64,000 nucleotides of DNA from an uncultured Chroococcidiopsis sp. (GTDB lineage: Bacteria > Cyanobacteriota > Cyanobacteriia > Cyanobacteriales > Chroococcidiopsidaceae): contig CAXTYC010000021.1 in assembly GCA_964248365.1 (NCBI GenBank), positions 1-64,000 of the forward strand. Direction: 5' to 3'. The translations under genes and the position numbers were made by a program. Positions 11,202-21,256 of this stretch are shown in pieces (positions within the stretch are counted from its first letter, which is position 1; the number at the start of each line of letters is the position of its first letter). The notes under the pieces were generated by a model. That model was not told the origin of the DNA. It made no database searches and saw only the letters and a list, made by a program, of their open reading frames with translations.

Positions 11202-11855
11202 ATGAAGCTTGTTATTCACGGCAAAAACATCGAAATCACTGATGCAATTCGGGAGTATGTGCATCAGAAAATTGAAAAGGCGGTTAATCACTTTCAAAAT
11301 ATGACAAATGAAGTCGATGTACATTTGTCAGTAGCCCGTAATCCCCGAATCAATCCCAGACAAGCGGCAGAAGTGACGATTTACGCCAATGGAAGCGTGA
11401 TCCGTGCCGAGGAGAGTAGCGAAAACCTATATGCTAGCATAGATTTAGTAGCAGATAAAATTGCGCGTCAACTACGCAAGTATAAAGAAAGACGACAAGA
11501 TAAAAAGACTCACGATAAGACAAGCCTCGAAACAGCAGAAACTCCCGTAGTTACAGATCTGATCGGCGATCGCACCCCAGAACTACCCACCGAAGTTGTC
11601 CGTACCAAATACTTCTCCATGCCACCAATGACAATCGAAGAAGCATTGGAACAACTACAACTAGTAGGACACGACTTTTATATGTTCCGCAATGCCCAAA
11701 CTGGGGAAATCAACGTCATTTATGAACGCAATCATGGCGGCTATGGTGTACTTCAACCGCGCAACGGACACGGACAAACCAACGGCAAGAACGGGAAAAC
11801 CGCCCAAAGTAATAATGGTACAACGGCAGAAAAGCCGCACCTAACTAAATCATAA
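11202..11855 (+). CDS. hpf: Ribosome hibernation promoting factor (long HPF / LrtA)
   Basis: [36 protein letters not shown]-terminal PMTIEEA...GHDFYMF domain. Confidence 0.95.
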   Translation: MKLVIHGKNIEITDAIREYVHQKIEKAVNHFQNMTNEVDVHLSVARNPRINPRQAAEVTIYANGSVIRAEESSENLYASIDLVADKIARQLRKYKERRQDKKTHDKTSLETAETPVVTDLIGDRTPELPTEVVRTKYFSMPPMTIEEALEQLQLVGHDFYMFRNAQTGEINVIYERNHGGYGVLQPRNGHGQTNGKNGKTAQSNNGTTAEKPHLTKS

Positions 11856-11890
11856 AAGAAGTTTAAACTTGGTAAAACGCAGGCAATTGC

Positions 11891-11928
11891 AACAGGTACG
11901 CAGAGTATAAAGACTTTGCGTACCTGTT
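11891..11928 (+). terminator. Stem-loop after hpf
   Basis: AACAGGTACGCAGAGT...ACTTTGCGTACCTGTT inverted repeat shortly after the stop codon. Confidence 0.6.
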
Positions 11929-12098
11929 CTCGCGTACTTTACTCGCTAGTTTTTAGCTGTTGCAAAGTTGAGTTGCGACGCTTCAAAATGTGCTTTAAAG
12001 ATCATTTGGGAGTTGGAGATATCATTTATAGTCAAGTTGGAATAGCCCAACTACTTTAGAACACCACGATGCCAAACTACTCATTGGAGCGTTAAACA

Positions 12099-12266
12099 AT
12101 GAAAGAACTCGTGCTGTCGCTATTAGCAGGTTGGATCGTTGGCGTTCTGTTTGAGTGGTTAAAACTGCCATTGCCTGCACCACCCCTGATGGGCTTGGTT
12201 GGGGCAGCAGGAATTACGTTAGGCAGTTGGTCGTTTCAGAAAATACGCGAATTTCTACCGCATTGA
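12099..12266 (+). CDS. Small membrane protein, XapX/DUF1427-like (55 aa; not in ORF track)
   Basis: Read by hand: MKELVLSLLAGWIVGVLFEWLKLPLPAPPLMGLVGAAGITLGSWSFQKIREFLPH*. It has the characteristic P-x-PAPP motif between two hydrophobic helices and a GGAG upstream. Confidence 0.75.
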   Translation: MKELVLSLLAGWIVGVLFEWLKLPLPAPPLMGLVGAAGITLGSWSFQKIREFLPH

Positions 12267-12301
12267 TTTCAAGTCAGACGCATAGAAACGAGGTATCTGT
12301 G

Positions 12302-13276
12302 ATGCTTGCACTCCGATTCGATCGCTTCGGTTCCCCTAAAGTTCTCCAGCTTCAAGAACTTCCCACAGTCTTGAAGCCCGACGAAGTGCTAGTAAAAATT
12401 CACGCGGCAGCAATTAACCCCAGCGATGTCAAAAATATTGCAGGACACATGGAAGGAACTACACTTCCTCGCACTCCTGGTCGTGACTTTGCCGGAGTAG
12501 TCGTAGAAGGTGCAGATCTCATCGGCACTGAGGTTTGGGGAACAGGTGGAGATATTGGTTTTACCCGTGACGGTAGTCATGCACAGTACATTGTCTTACC
12601 CAAAGAAGCATTACGAGCAAAACCCCGCACCCTCTCAATGATAGAAGCTGGATCGGTGGGAGTTACCTACGTTACCGCTTGGCTAGCCATAGTAGAGGCG
12701 GCGTTGTTGAAGGCAGGTGAAACTGTGTTAGTAATTGGCTCAACCGGAGGAGTTGGCAGCGCCGGTGTGCAAATTGCTAAGTGGAAAGGGGCGAGAGTAC
12801 TAGGAACAGTGCGGCGAAAATCGGATCTTGAGTTATCGCAGCAAGCAGGAGTAGATGTGGCGATCGATTTGTCAGAACAAGACCTACGAGAAGCCGTTTT
12901 AGCTGCTACAGACGGCAAAGGAGCAAACGTCATACTCGATACAGTAGGTGGGCAGATGGTAGAAACTTGCCTAGAGGTACTTAGCCATAAAGGTCGATTG
13001 CTTGAAATTAGCGCCCCTCCTGACAACAGCCGAGTCAGCTTTGACCTGCGGGATTTCTACCATCGAGAAGCGCGATTATTGGGTGTCGATAGTCGGGTAC
13101 TAGACGTTACTGCCTGTGCTGCCATTCTCGAAGCCCTTACCCCTGGATTTGAATCGAATGCACTGGGTTCCTTAACCAAAACCGTTGAAACTTACTTGCT
13201 CGAAGACGCGGTAAAAGCCTACGAGCAAATTCTCAACAAAACAGTTCGAGGTGGGGCTGTGGTGACCCCAAAGTAA
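12302..13276 (+). CDS. MDR-family NADPH:quinone oxidoreductase / zinc-binding alcohol dehydrogenase-like
   Basis: AAAINPSD, PGRDFAGVV, GSTGGVG; start at ATG 12302 (MLALRF). Confidence 0.85.
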   Translation: MLALRFDRFGSPKVLQLQELPTVLKPDEVLVKIHAAAINPSDVKNIAGHMEGTTLPRTPGRDFAGVVVEGADLIGTEVWGTGGDIGFTRDGSHAQYIVLPKEALRAKPRTLSMIEAGSVGVTYVTAWLAIVEAALLKAGETVLVIGSTGGVGSAGVQIAKWKGARVLGTVRRKSDLELSQQAGVDVAIDLSEQDLREAVLAATDGKGANVILDTVGGQMVETCLEVLSHKGRLLEISAPPDNSRVSFDLRDFYHREARLLGVDSRVLDVTACAAILEALTPGFESNALGSLTKTVETYLLEDAVKAYEQILNKTVRGGAVVTPK

Positions 13277-13398
13277 GAGAGCAGGGGGAGCTGGGGGAGG
13301 GGGAGAATTTCACCCTTTCACCCTCACCCCTCGCCTCTGGTTCCTCTCGCCTCTCGCCTCTTACCTTTGCGTCCTTTGCGTCCTTTGCGGTTCGTTAA

Positions 13399-14181
13399 TC
13401 ATCCACACCAGCTTTGCCTTTTAGCCTCATACAACAACAAAGCAGCAGCGATCGCCACATTCAAAGACTCCACCTGAGAACACAGAGGAATTTTCACTTG
13501 CAAATCAGCCATCGCCCCCAACTCGGCTGACAACCCAGCCCCCTCATTACCCAGCAAAATTAAACTAGGACACCGCCAGTCTACCTGCCAATAACTCAAC
13601 TGGGCAGTAGGACCAGTTGCCACCACTTGCATACCCGCCTGCTGACACTCGCCCACAGTTGCCTTTAAATCTGCACTCACCGCCATAGGTAGCCGGAACC
13701 ACTGCCCAGCCGAAGCCCGTAACACCTTCGGGTTATCCAAATCCACACTATCATCACTAATCCACAAACCAGATGTACCAGCAGCCGCCGCCGTGCGAAT
13801 GATTGTACCCAGATTGCCTGGATCTTGCAATGTTTCTAGAGCTAACCCGATACCAGTATACGGCACTGCTTGCTGTTGCTCATTGCGTCGAGCTGTTGCC
13901 ACCACTCCATCTGGCTGGACGGTAGTAGCGATCGCCTGTAAAACCTCTGAACTTACATTTTCTACCCTGTGAGCTAGTTGACAAGCTTGCTGCCATAGCT
14001 TTTGATGTAATGACTGCCATTCGGGAGTACAACACACCGTTTCCAAAGGATAATTCACAGCACAAGCTTCTTCTAGCAGGTGTGTCCCTTCCAACAGAAA
14101 CACACCCTGCTGCCGCCTTTGCTTAGCAGAGTGCAATTTGCGAAAGGACTTAACTAGAGGATTTTGTAAACTTGTTAGCAT
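13399..14181 (-). CDS. TrmH/SpoU-family RNA methyltransferase
   Basis: QDPGNLGTIIRTA, LGNEGAG, ESLNVAIA. Confidence 0.92.
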   Translation of the reverse strand: MLTSLQNPLVKSFRKLHSAKQRRQQGVFLLEGTHLLEEACAVNYPLETVCCTPEWQSLHQKLWQQACQLAHRVENVSSEVLQAIATTVQPDGVVATARRNEQQQAVPYTGIGLALETLQDPGNLGTIIRTAAAAGTSGLWISDDSVDLDNPKVLRASAGQWFRLPMAVSADLKATVGECQQAGMQVVATGPTAQLSYWQVDWRCPSLILLGNEGAGLSAELGAMADLQVKIPLCSQVESLNVAIAAALLLYEAKRQSWCG

Positions 14182-14299
14182 TTGTCAGAAATTTAACTGA
14201 CAATTAGCCATAGTTGTGGTAATAATAGACTACTCATTTTACTTCACACATATAACTGATAGAAAGCTTACAGACGTTGTCTACAACGTCTCTATTTAG

Positions 14300-14381
14300 T
14301 GCGGAACCCGGGACTTGAACCCGGAAGCCTTGCGGCACATGAACCTGAATCATGCGCGTCTGCCAATTCCGCCAGTTCCGC
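14300..14381 (-). tRNA. trnL: tRNA-Leu(CAG)
   Basis: GCGGAAC/GTTCCGC acceptor stem, CATGA-TTCAGGT-TCATG anticodon arm, long variable arm, GGTTCAAGTCC T arm. Confidence 0.95.
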
Positions 14382-14673
14382 TTGCATTTTCTTCACAGGG
14401 CGCAATTTCTAATTATGACCAAACTAGTGGCTTTTGTCAAATTCCTGCAACAAATCCTCCCTAAGAGAAGCATAAACTTTTATACCAAGAGTAAAAATAC
14501 TACCAGTAAAACAAATATTTGCAAATGTAACAACTGTGTAAACACTGAAGGGTAGGCAGAAAATTTTGGGCTAGATAGGAGAATTCAACAGTTTTAATTA
14601 TTGCAATTGTCAATGTAGAATCAAGACCAACTTTGTGACTGTAAAACTACTGATTAAATAGGAGGATAGAGCC

Positions 14674-16053
14674 ATTACTACGAATCACGGCTTCATTAAC
14701 CCTCAGTCCTCACCAGAGGCATCCTCATTTCTAGAAATATGGGGCGGATACCCGTTAAAAGGTGATGTGACAATTAGCGGCGCGAAAAATGCCGCACTGG
14801 TAATCATAGGTGGAGCTTTACTATGTTCCGAAGACTGTCGAATTCGCAACGTTCCCTCACTTGTGGATGTGATGCGGATCAGTCAAGTTTTAGCAGCACT
14901 GGGAGTACAGATCAAACAACATGGGGATGTTTTAGACATCAACGCCAGTGATATTAGAAAATCCCAAGCACCTTACGAATTAGTTAGTCAACTGCGGGCA
15001 AGTTTTTTTATCATTGGTCCATTACTAGCACGATTAGGATCTGCCCAAATTCCGCTGCCTGGGGGTTGTACAATTGGAGCTAGACCTGTCGATCTGCACG
15101 TTCGTGGTTTACAAGCGATGGGTGCAGATGTTCAGATTGAGCATGGCATGGTTAATGCCTATATCACTGGTAGCAATCGCAGGTTAAAAGGAGCGAAAAT
15201 TTACCTAGACTACCCAAGCGTTGGCGCTACTGAAACATTGATGATGGCGGCGACTCTGGCAGAGGGTGAAACGACAATCGAAAACGCCGCCCAAGAACCA
15301 GAAGTAGTTGATTTAGCCAATTTCTGTAATTCGATGGGGGCGAAGATTCGAGGTGCAGGAACTGCGACAATTACCATCTCTGGTGTTAAGCGCTTGCACT
15401 CGACAGACTACTCAATTATCCCAGATCGAGTTGAAGCGGGAACGTTTTTGGTAGCAGGGGCAATCACCCACTCAGAAATCAGTTTATCACCCGTAGTACC
15501 AGATCATCTGACGGCGGTTATTACCAAGCTGCACGAGATTGGGGTGCGAGTAGTAATGGATTTCCCCGACTGCTTACGCATCCTACCTGGATACAGGTTA
15601 ACGGCAACAGACATTGAAACTATGCCTTATCCTGGTTTTCCTACAGATATGCAAGCACAGTTTATGGCTTTACTGACTCTGAGTGAAGGGGACAGTATGA
15701 TCGCTGAAACAGTATTTGAGAACCGATTGCGGCACGTAGCAGAGCTAAATCGCATGGGGGCAGATATTCGCGTTAAAGGCAATATTGCAGTTGTGCGGGG
15801 AGTGCCACTTTTATCGGGCGCACCAGTAGTAGCAACGGATTTACGGGCATCAGCAGCCCTGGTATTGGCAGGTTTGGCAGCAAAGGGCAAGACGACAATC
15901 CAAGGATTGCATCATCTTGACCGAGGATACGAGAAATTGGAGGCGAAGTTGCTGACGTTGGGAGCTAGACTCCGGCGATCGCCTTGTTCTATCCCATCGG
16001 TGGATAAATTGCAGCTAAGTAATCCAAAGTCAGTTAGTTCACCAGCGCATTGA
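14674..16053 (+). CDS. murA: UDP-N-acetylglucosamine 1-carboxyvinyltransferase
   Basis: [41 protein letters not shown]. The conserved N-terminus extends upstream of GTG 14767; proposed start is ATT 14674 after a GGAGG SD. Confidence 0.95.
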   Translation: MTTNHGFINPQSSPEASSFLEIWGGYPLKGDVTISGAKNAALVIIGGALLCSEDCRIRNVPSLVDVMRISQVLAALGVQIKQHGDVLDINASDIRKSQAPYELVSQLRASFFIIGPLLARLGSAQIPLPGGCTIGARPVDLHVRGLQAMGADVQIEHGMVNAYITGSNRRLKGAKIYLDYPSVGATETLMMAATLAEGETTIENAAQEPEVVDLANFCNSMGAKIRGAGTATITISGVKRLHSTDYSIIPDRVEAGTFLVAGAITHSEISLSPVVPDHLTAVITKLHEIGVRVVMDFPDCLRILPGYRLTATDIETMPYPGFPTDMQAQFMALLTLSEGDSMIAETVFENRLRHVAELNRMGADIRVKGNIAVVRGVPLLSGAPVVATDLRASAALVLAGLAAKGKTTIQGLHHLDRGYEKLEAKLLTLGARLRRSPCSIPSVDKLQLSNPKSVSSPAH

Positions 16054-16150
16054 ACCTTTGGTTTCGTTATACTGGCTGTGAGGCGAGTAACCGGCGTTAT
16101 CTATTGTTACGCTTGTGCGATCGCTCCAATCCTTGGTTTACAGATCAGCC

Positions 16151-17026
16151 ATGTCCTCCTTCACGACTCAGTTAATTGGTCTCAAAGCCGATTCTTTTCG
16201 TCATCCGCTAGACTTACAAGCAACTAAAGCTCTCAAGCAGATACCTGGCATCGATATGCTGGTGCGAAATCTGCTAGGACAATTAGCCGAGCAATTTTTC
16301 TACGTAGAAAATATTGCTTCAAGTGTGCTAGTAGGTGAAAAACAACTGCCTGGGTATCACAAGCTGTTACTAGATGCTTGTCAAACGTTAGATTTAGAAC
16401 CGCCACAACTATATATACGTCAGCATCCGGTTCCCAACGCTTATACGTTTGCCATGCGGGGTAAGCAGCCATTCATTGTGATGCACACCTCCCTAATTGA
16501 TTTGCTCACGACCGAGGAAATTCAGGCTGTAATTGCCCACGAACTGGGTCATCTCAAATGCGATCATGGTGTTTATTTAACTTTGGTAAATTTAATTGTC
16601 TTAGCAGCTGGGCAGTTGCCTAATTTAGGCGGTATGCTAGCTAGTACGATACAATCACAAATGTTAGAGTGGGTACGCTGTGCTGAATTTACGTGCGATC
16701 GCGCTGCACTACTAGCAACCCAAGATCCTAAAGTAGTGATGTCCTTATTGATGAAACTCGCTGGTGGATCGCCAACTTTAGCACCCCAACTCAACCTAGA
16801 TGCCTTTCTCGCTCAAGCTCGTGCCTACGACAATATCGGTAACACTGAGTTAGGAGAAATGCTCAAATCAGCCCACACATCACAGCTAACTCATCCCGTA
16901 CCAGTACTACGAGCCAGAGAAATAGATCGCTGGGCTAGCAGTAAAGAATATCAAACCTTGTTGCAAAACCCACAAATGCGTTATAATAGTAAAGCTGAAC
17001 CCAAGGGCGGGTGGCGAAACTGGTAG
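16151..17026 (+). CDS. M48-family zinc metallopeptidase
   Basis: PNAYT, AHELGH, AEFTCDR, THP; start at ATG 16151. Confidence 0.9.
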   Translation: MSSFTTQLIGLKADSFRHPLDLQATKALKQIPGIDMLVRNLLGQLAEQFFYVENIASSVLVGEKQLPGYHKLLLDACQTLDLEPPQLYIRQHPVPNAYTFAMRGKQPFIVMHTSLIDLLTTEEIQAVIAHELGHLKCDHGVYLTLVNLIVLAAGQLPNLGGMLASTIQSQMLEWVRCAEFTCDRAALLATQDPKVVMSLLMKLAGGSPTLAPQLNLDAFLAQARAYDNIGNTELGEMLKSAHTSQLTHPVPVLRAREIDRWASSKEYQTLLQNPQMRYNSKAEPKGGWRNW

Positions 17027-17088
17027 ACGCACCACACTCAAAATGTGGCGACCTTACGGTCATAGGAGTTCGATTCTCCTCCTGCCCA
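17005..17088 (+). tRNA. trnL: tRNA-Leu(CAA)
   Basis: GGGCGGG/CCTGCCC acceptor stem, CCACA-CTCAAAA-TGTGG anticodon arm, variable arm, AGGAG-TTCGATT-CTCCT T arm; overlaps the 3' end of the M48 gene. Confidence 0.95.
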
Positions 17089-17120
17089 CTGGTTGAATTA
17101 CTAGCTGGAGCGTTGTAGAG

Positions 17121-17408
17121 ATGAATCAGCGACTGAAAAGATGGGAATCACCCCGTCTTGAAGGTAGAAACGACAAAGGAAGAGGCGGATCTGCCAGAGC
17201 GAGACAACTGAAGAAGCAAGAGCAGATGCTGCGGAAAAAGCTAAAAGATAGCAATCAAGGCGAAAATAACAAAAAGCAGGGGAAAGAAGAAATTCTAACC
17301 CCTGTTTTTTTATGTCTATATAACGTTACTACTTTAGATGTATGCCACCCATGCCCACCTTTTTGTTATTCTATGTTGCTGTTGATTAGAAATATGCTAT
17401 TAGCATAA
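17121..17408 (+). CDS. Small basic hypothetical protein
   Basis: GGAG SD plus ATG and a K/R-rich N-terminal half. The C-terminal part runs through a terminator-like hairpin and a repeat, so it may be readthrough. Confidence 0.4.
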   Translation: MNQRLKRWESPRLEGRNDKGRGGSARARQLKKQEQMLRKKLKDSNQGENNKKQGKEEILTPVFLCLYNVTTLDVCHPCPPFCYSMLLLIRNMLLA

Positions 17409-17607
17409 TAATGCAAGCTCGTTCTTATTTTTGTTTTACAATTACTTCCTAATCTATTCACTTACTCTTTGTAGAATTTTTATGCTTTTTTCATAGCATT
17501 GTTAATGACTCTTTATGAAGTTTCTCTACTTTTTTCATAGCATTTAACAAGGTAAGGATATTTGTTATCGCTAACTCACTTAATTATTTGGAATTTGGAA
17601 GAGAAAT

Positions 17608-17892
17608 ATGACGAAAGCTATTGCTGCTCTATCAGATGACAATAAGGATTTAAAAGTTTTGGCGGCTATTGCTGGTAGTGCTGCATCCGCAGTTGGTGCT
17701 GGTTCAATAGTAGTAGCTGAAGTTACTACAGTTTCGACTGTTGCTGCACCAGGTATTTTAGGTGCTATAGGATTGACTACAACAGCTACCGCAGTAAGTA
17801 CCGTTGCACTTCCTGTAGCAGGTGTTGTAGCTGCTGGTGGTTTACTTGCCTTTGGCGCTTATAAAGCTTATAAAACTTTTACCAAAGATTAA
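17608..17892 (+). CDS. Ala/Gly/Val-rich hydrophobic small protein
   Basis: 94-aa ORF in an AT-rich context; long amphipathic/hydrophobic stretch ending in basic AYKAYKTF. Confidence 0.6.
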   Translation: MTKAIAALSDDNKDLKVLAAIAGSAASAVGAGSIVVAEVTTVSTVAAPGILGAIGLTTTATAVSTVALPVAGVVAAGGLLAFGAYKAYKTFTKD

Positions 17893-18004
17893 GAACTAAC
17901 GCACCTACTATATTTACAATAGTTGGCAAAGCTCTGGCTGCTATACGGTCAGGGCTTTTTACTTTACCTTTTTCATCTTAAAAATAGCCCGTATAACTTG
18001 GCGA

Positions 18005-18472
18005 TCAGCTTGATTGTGCATCTTCTAAATCTTCTGCTATTGGTGGTTCTGGAAAGAAATCAGCATCTAGGATTTGATCAACTGTGTAAGGGCATTCTGG
18101 AGGAAAGAATGAAACTGGTATTTCTGTCTCATCAGATGCCCAACCACTTGCGTCTGTATATGCTTCCACTAAGATTTCTGCTATGTAAGGTTTGAGTGAC
18201 GGTTGATCCTTGAATAACCGACTAATACGCTTCCTCCCATTGCTGATCGATCCGCGCCAACTACCACTACGCATTTGTGGCTGATATTGCCACTTCAGTA
18301 AGTGGGAAATGACTACAACCAAATAGCTGTAAAGTTCGCGCTTGTTGCTCAGATGAGATCCTTCTAACTCATCAATCAGGTTGCCTATGTCCAGCTGCTC
18401 CCACTCATGCGATTTAAGGTGGTTGATTTGCTCACTCAGCCATACGCCATAGTCAGTGTCATACGTGGACAT
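18005..18472 (-). CDS. DUF29 family protein
   Basis: YDTDY..W, LD..NLIDELE, HLLKWQYQP, SW..SI...R, FPPECPY. Confidence 0.9.
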   Translation of the reverse strand: MSTYDTDYGVWLSEQINHLKSHEWEQLDIGNLIDELEGSHLSNKRELYSYLVVVISHLLKWQYQPQMRSGSWRGSISNGRKRISRLFKDQPSLKPYIAEILVEAYTDASGWASDETEIPVSFFPPECPYTVDQILDADFFPEPPIAEDLEDAQSS

Positions 18473-18796
18473 AGTGCTGTCTCCTCATGTTTTCTCCTGC
18501 TCCTCTTCCTTTTTATTATCCTTGCTAGACGACTCACTAGGTAACTTATCTTCTCCTGCTGGTAACTCATAAGGATGGCAAATAGATGGCTCAAATGCTC
18601 ACGGGAAAGAAAAAATTCTAACCCCTGTTTTTTTGTCTACCTGAGTGTTACTGTTCTAAATGATTAATGTTATGAAGTAGCTGCTTAATTAGGTGTTTTG
18701 ATAATAGCGATCGCACCAGGCAGTTGAAATACTATTAAATATAAATAATTTCTTACCAAAAATGTAGGGTGGGCATTGCCCACCTGGGAAAATCTC

Positions 18797-19336
18797 TTAA
18801 TTAGTGGGAGAAACAAGCTTACTTTCACTTTGACCTTTTATATTCCGTCTTCCCCAAGGCTTAAAAACAGAAATAGCAATGATGAATAAAAGGTATAAGA
18901 CCTGAATGATTGTGCCGATGATTACCCCTTTTGAGTCAAACATATAGAGTGGGTTCTCGAATGCTCTCAACCGTTCAATATCAGAAATTGAGGTGGCTGC
19001 ATTTGCCCAAGGGTACAGCCAGAATGTACCGAAGATAATCAGCACAAGTGTTGAAACCCACTTGACGATAACCCAGTAAAATTTTATAAACCCCCAAACT
19101 GTTAGCCAGGAAAGCAATGCACCTGTTAACAGTGAACCAATTGCCGATGGAATAACAACAAAATCATCTAACAGGTTAATGACAGCGTTGAGAGCGTGAA
19201 GTTCATCGCCATTCGGAGTATTCCTGTTATTAATTGCAATCAGAGCCATGCTTAAAACTGTTCCAGTCCAAAGGGTGGCAAAAATAATGTGGGACGACAG
19301 CAACCAGTTTTTTTGCTTCACACTTAGTTTATTCAT
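18797..19336 (-). CDS. Four-TM membrane protein (DUF2269-like)
   Basis: N-terminal His in TM1, WGFIKFYWVIVKW, C-terminal SVFKPW. Confidence 0.65.
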   Translation of the reverse strand: MNKLSVKQKNWLLSSHIIFATLWTGTVLSMALIAINNRNTPNGDELHALNAVINLLDDFVVIPSAIGSLLTGALLSWLTVWGFIKFYWVIVKWVSTLVLIIFGTFWLYPWANAATSISDIERLRAFENPLYMFDSKGVIIGTIIQVLYLLFIIAISVFKPWGRRNIKGQSESKLVSPTN

Positions 19337-19348
19337 GGGAGTCTCCTT

Positions 19349-19420
19349 TAGTATGCCACTATATAGTATGGCTCCTTACTAGTCTAAGCTGAATTGGCAT
19401 ATAGTATGGCTCCTTATTAT
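19349..19420. promoter_or_regulatory. Putative MarR operator repeats
   Basis: ATATAGTATGGCTCCTTA occurs at 19361-19378 and 19399-19416 between marR and the downstream gene; TAGTA-N8-TACTA dyad. Confidence 0.5.
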
Positions 19421-19429
19421 TTCTTTATT

Positions 19430-19939
19430 TTACGGTTCACGCATGGCAGACGTTCCATCTCGTAACTTGGCTAGCAGATCAATCAGTGTCTTCTTTTCAT
19501 CTGCGGTAAGATTAGCCATTAGATTAGTAGTGCGGCAAAAGTGATCTGGGAGCATCTCATCGAGCAACTGCTGCCCCTTTGGTGTAAGTTGAACAGTTAG
19601 CATTCGCCTATCTACTGGGTGCGGTTGACGCTTTACCCATCCGTCACGTTCTAATCCGTCAAGCAGCCCAGTAATTGTACCCCTCGTCACGCCAGCACGT
19701 TCAGCACACTCTGATGGTGTTAGTCCTTGCTCACCTGTCTGCAATAGCTGCATCAGCACGGTGAACTTCCCCATTGACAAACCATAACGCGCAAAGTGAG
19801 TATCCAGAGCTTCGTACACATCAGCAGTGGTGTTCAGAAAAGCTAAGCAAGTTTTTACTGAAGCCAAATCAAGCGCTGAGTAGCGACTGGCAAGATTTAG
19901 TAATACTTGGTCATGTGGGACAGGGCGTGGTGTGAACAT
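19430..19939 (-). CDS. MarR-family transcriptional regulator
   Basis: wHTH with TRGTITGLLDGLERDGWVKR...DRR...LT..G. Confidence 0.92.
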   Translation of the reverse strand: MFTPRPVPHDQVLLNLASRYSALDLASVKTCLAFLNTTADVYEALDTHFARYGLSMGKFTVLMQLLQTGEQGLTPSECAERAGVTRGTITGLLDGLERDGWVKRQPHPVDRRMLTVQLTPKGQQLLDEMLPDHFCRTTNLMANLTADEKKTLIDLLAKLRDGTSAMREP

Positions 19940-20185
19940 GATCTGCTACTGATTTAATTGGGAAGCTTATTATATGGTGGCTTAACTATAGAGGAGTTGA
20001 TAAGATATCACTTCTGCAAATTTGAAACAGCAAGCACAGGCAAAAGACTCCTACGCCCCTACCTCAAAAGAACACCTTTTGTGTCTCTACGATTCTCTTT
20101 TAGTCCTCTTGAGAGGACTTTCGCTATTGGTTCGTGCAAATTGATTTGCAGGCGGGTCAGTGGATAGCTAGAATATATAGAGTTT

Positions 20186-20953
20186 TCATCGCAACAAAAA
20201 TTCTTTAATCCGCTCAAACACAATTTCACGCTCAACATCCAACGAAATAGTATGATCTGACTCTTGCAACCAATAAAGTTTCTTATTCTTTGAACCCAAC
20301 TGTTGATAAATAATCCTTGCACCTTCTGGATCGACTACTGAATCTTTCACCGATTGAATAATTAACGTTGGTTCCTCAATTTGTGGTAGCAGAGGTTTAA
20401 CAATATTAATTAATTCAATCGCACTTCTAACGGCTGCTAAATTAAACGTTTTGAAAAATGCTGCTTCTGTTGCTAATTGCAGCATAGCTTTATCCACAAT
20501 TGGCAATCCTTTTAGGCGGGGAACATCAGGAATCCAATGACCGAGGGAAAATAAGTAAGCTTCTAGTCGCAATAAATAATACCACTGATGCTTAATTGCT
20601 AAAAAAGGGCTGAGTAAAACCAAGTTTTGCACTGATTGTTTAGCTGCTAAATATAAAGCTAGTGGGCAACCAGTGGAAAAACCAATAACCGAAACATTCT
20701 GATATATTTGAGCTAATTTTTGTTGAGTTTCTTCTATATGTGCATACCATTCCTGCCAAGTGGAAGCAGGCATTTTTGTAGATGGCGTATCATGACCTGG
20801 ATAATTTATCCCTTGAACACTAAAACCGTGTTGGTGGAGATATTCTCCTAATAGTTGCATTTCAAATACACCGCCTCCCAGTCCATGCAAGAGTAGACAA
20901 ACATGGTCATTTGTTGCCGATTCTAAGAAAAATGGTTGATTACTTAACTTCAT
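20186..20953 (-). CDS. Alpha/beta hydrolase (carboxylesterase-like)
   Basis: LLHG, GFSTG nucleophile elbow, D (KDSVV) and H (SDH) triad. Confidence 0.88.
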   Translation of the reverse strand: MKLSNQPFFLESATNDHVCLLLHGLGGGVFEMQLLGEYLHQHGFSVQGINYPGHDTPSTKMPASTWQEWYAHIEETQQKLAQIYQNVSVIGFSTGCPLALYLAAKQSVQNLVLLSPFLAIKHQWYYLLRLEAYLFSLGHWIPDVPRLKGLPIVDKAMLQLATEAAFFKTFNLAAVRSAIELINIVKPLLPQIEEPTLIIQSVKDSVVDPEGARIIYQQLGSKNKKLYWLQESDHTISLDVEREIVFERIKEFLLR

Positions 20954-21256
20954 ATTTTTAATATTGCTACTACAAAATATCCTATATATTCATAGTAGAT
21001 GAAGGGGTTTGCCACCCATGCCCACCATTATCAGAAAGAGTGGGCAATGCCCACCCTACTACAAAATATCTTATATATTTATAGTGATCTTTAGCTCAAA
21101 TGTGCCAATATTACTTGAGGCATAGCCTCAATATTATCGTTACCAAGCTGTAACCAGGTAACAAAGCTTGGAGCCTTCAGACTCCATCTGGGATGGTGCG
21201 TTACACTTCGTTAACGCACCCTACAGTTAACTATTTCTTTCCCTAACCCCTAGCCC

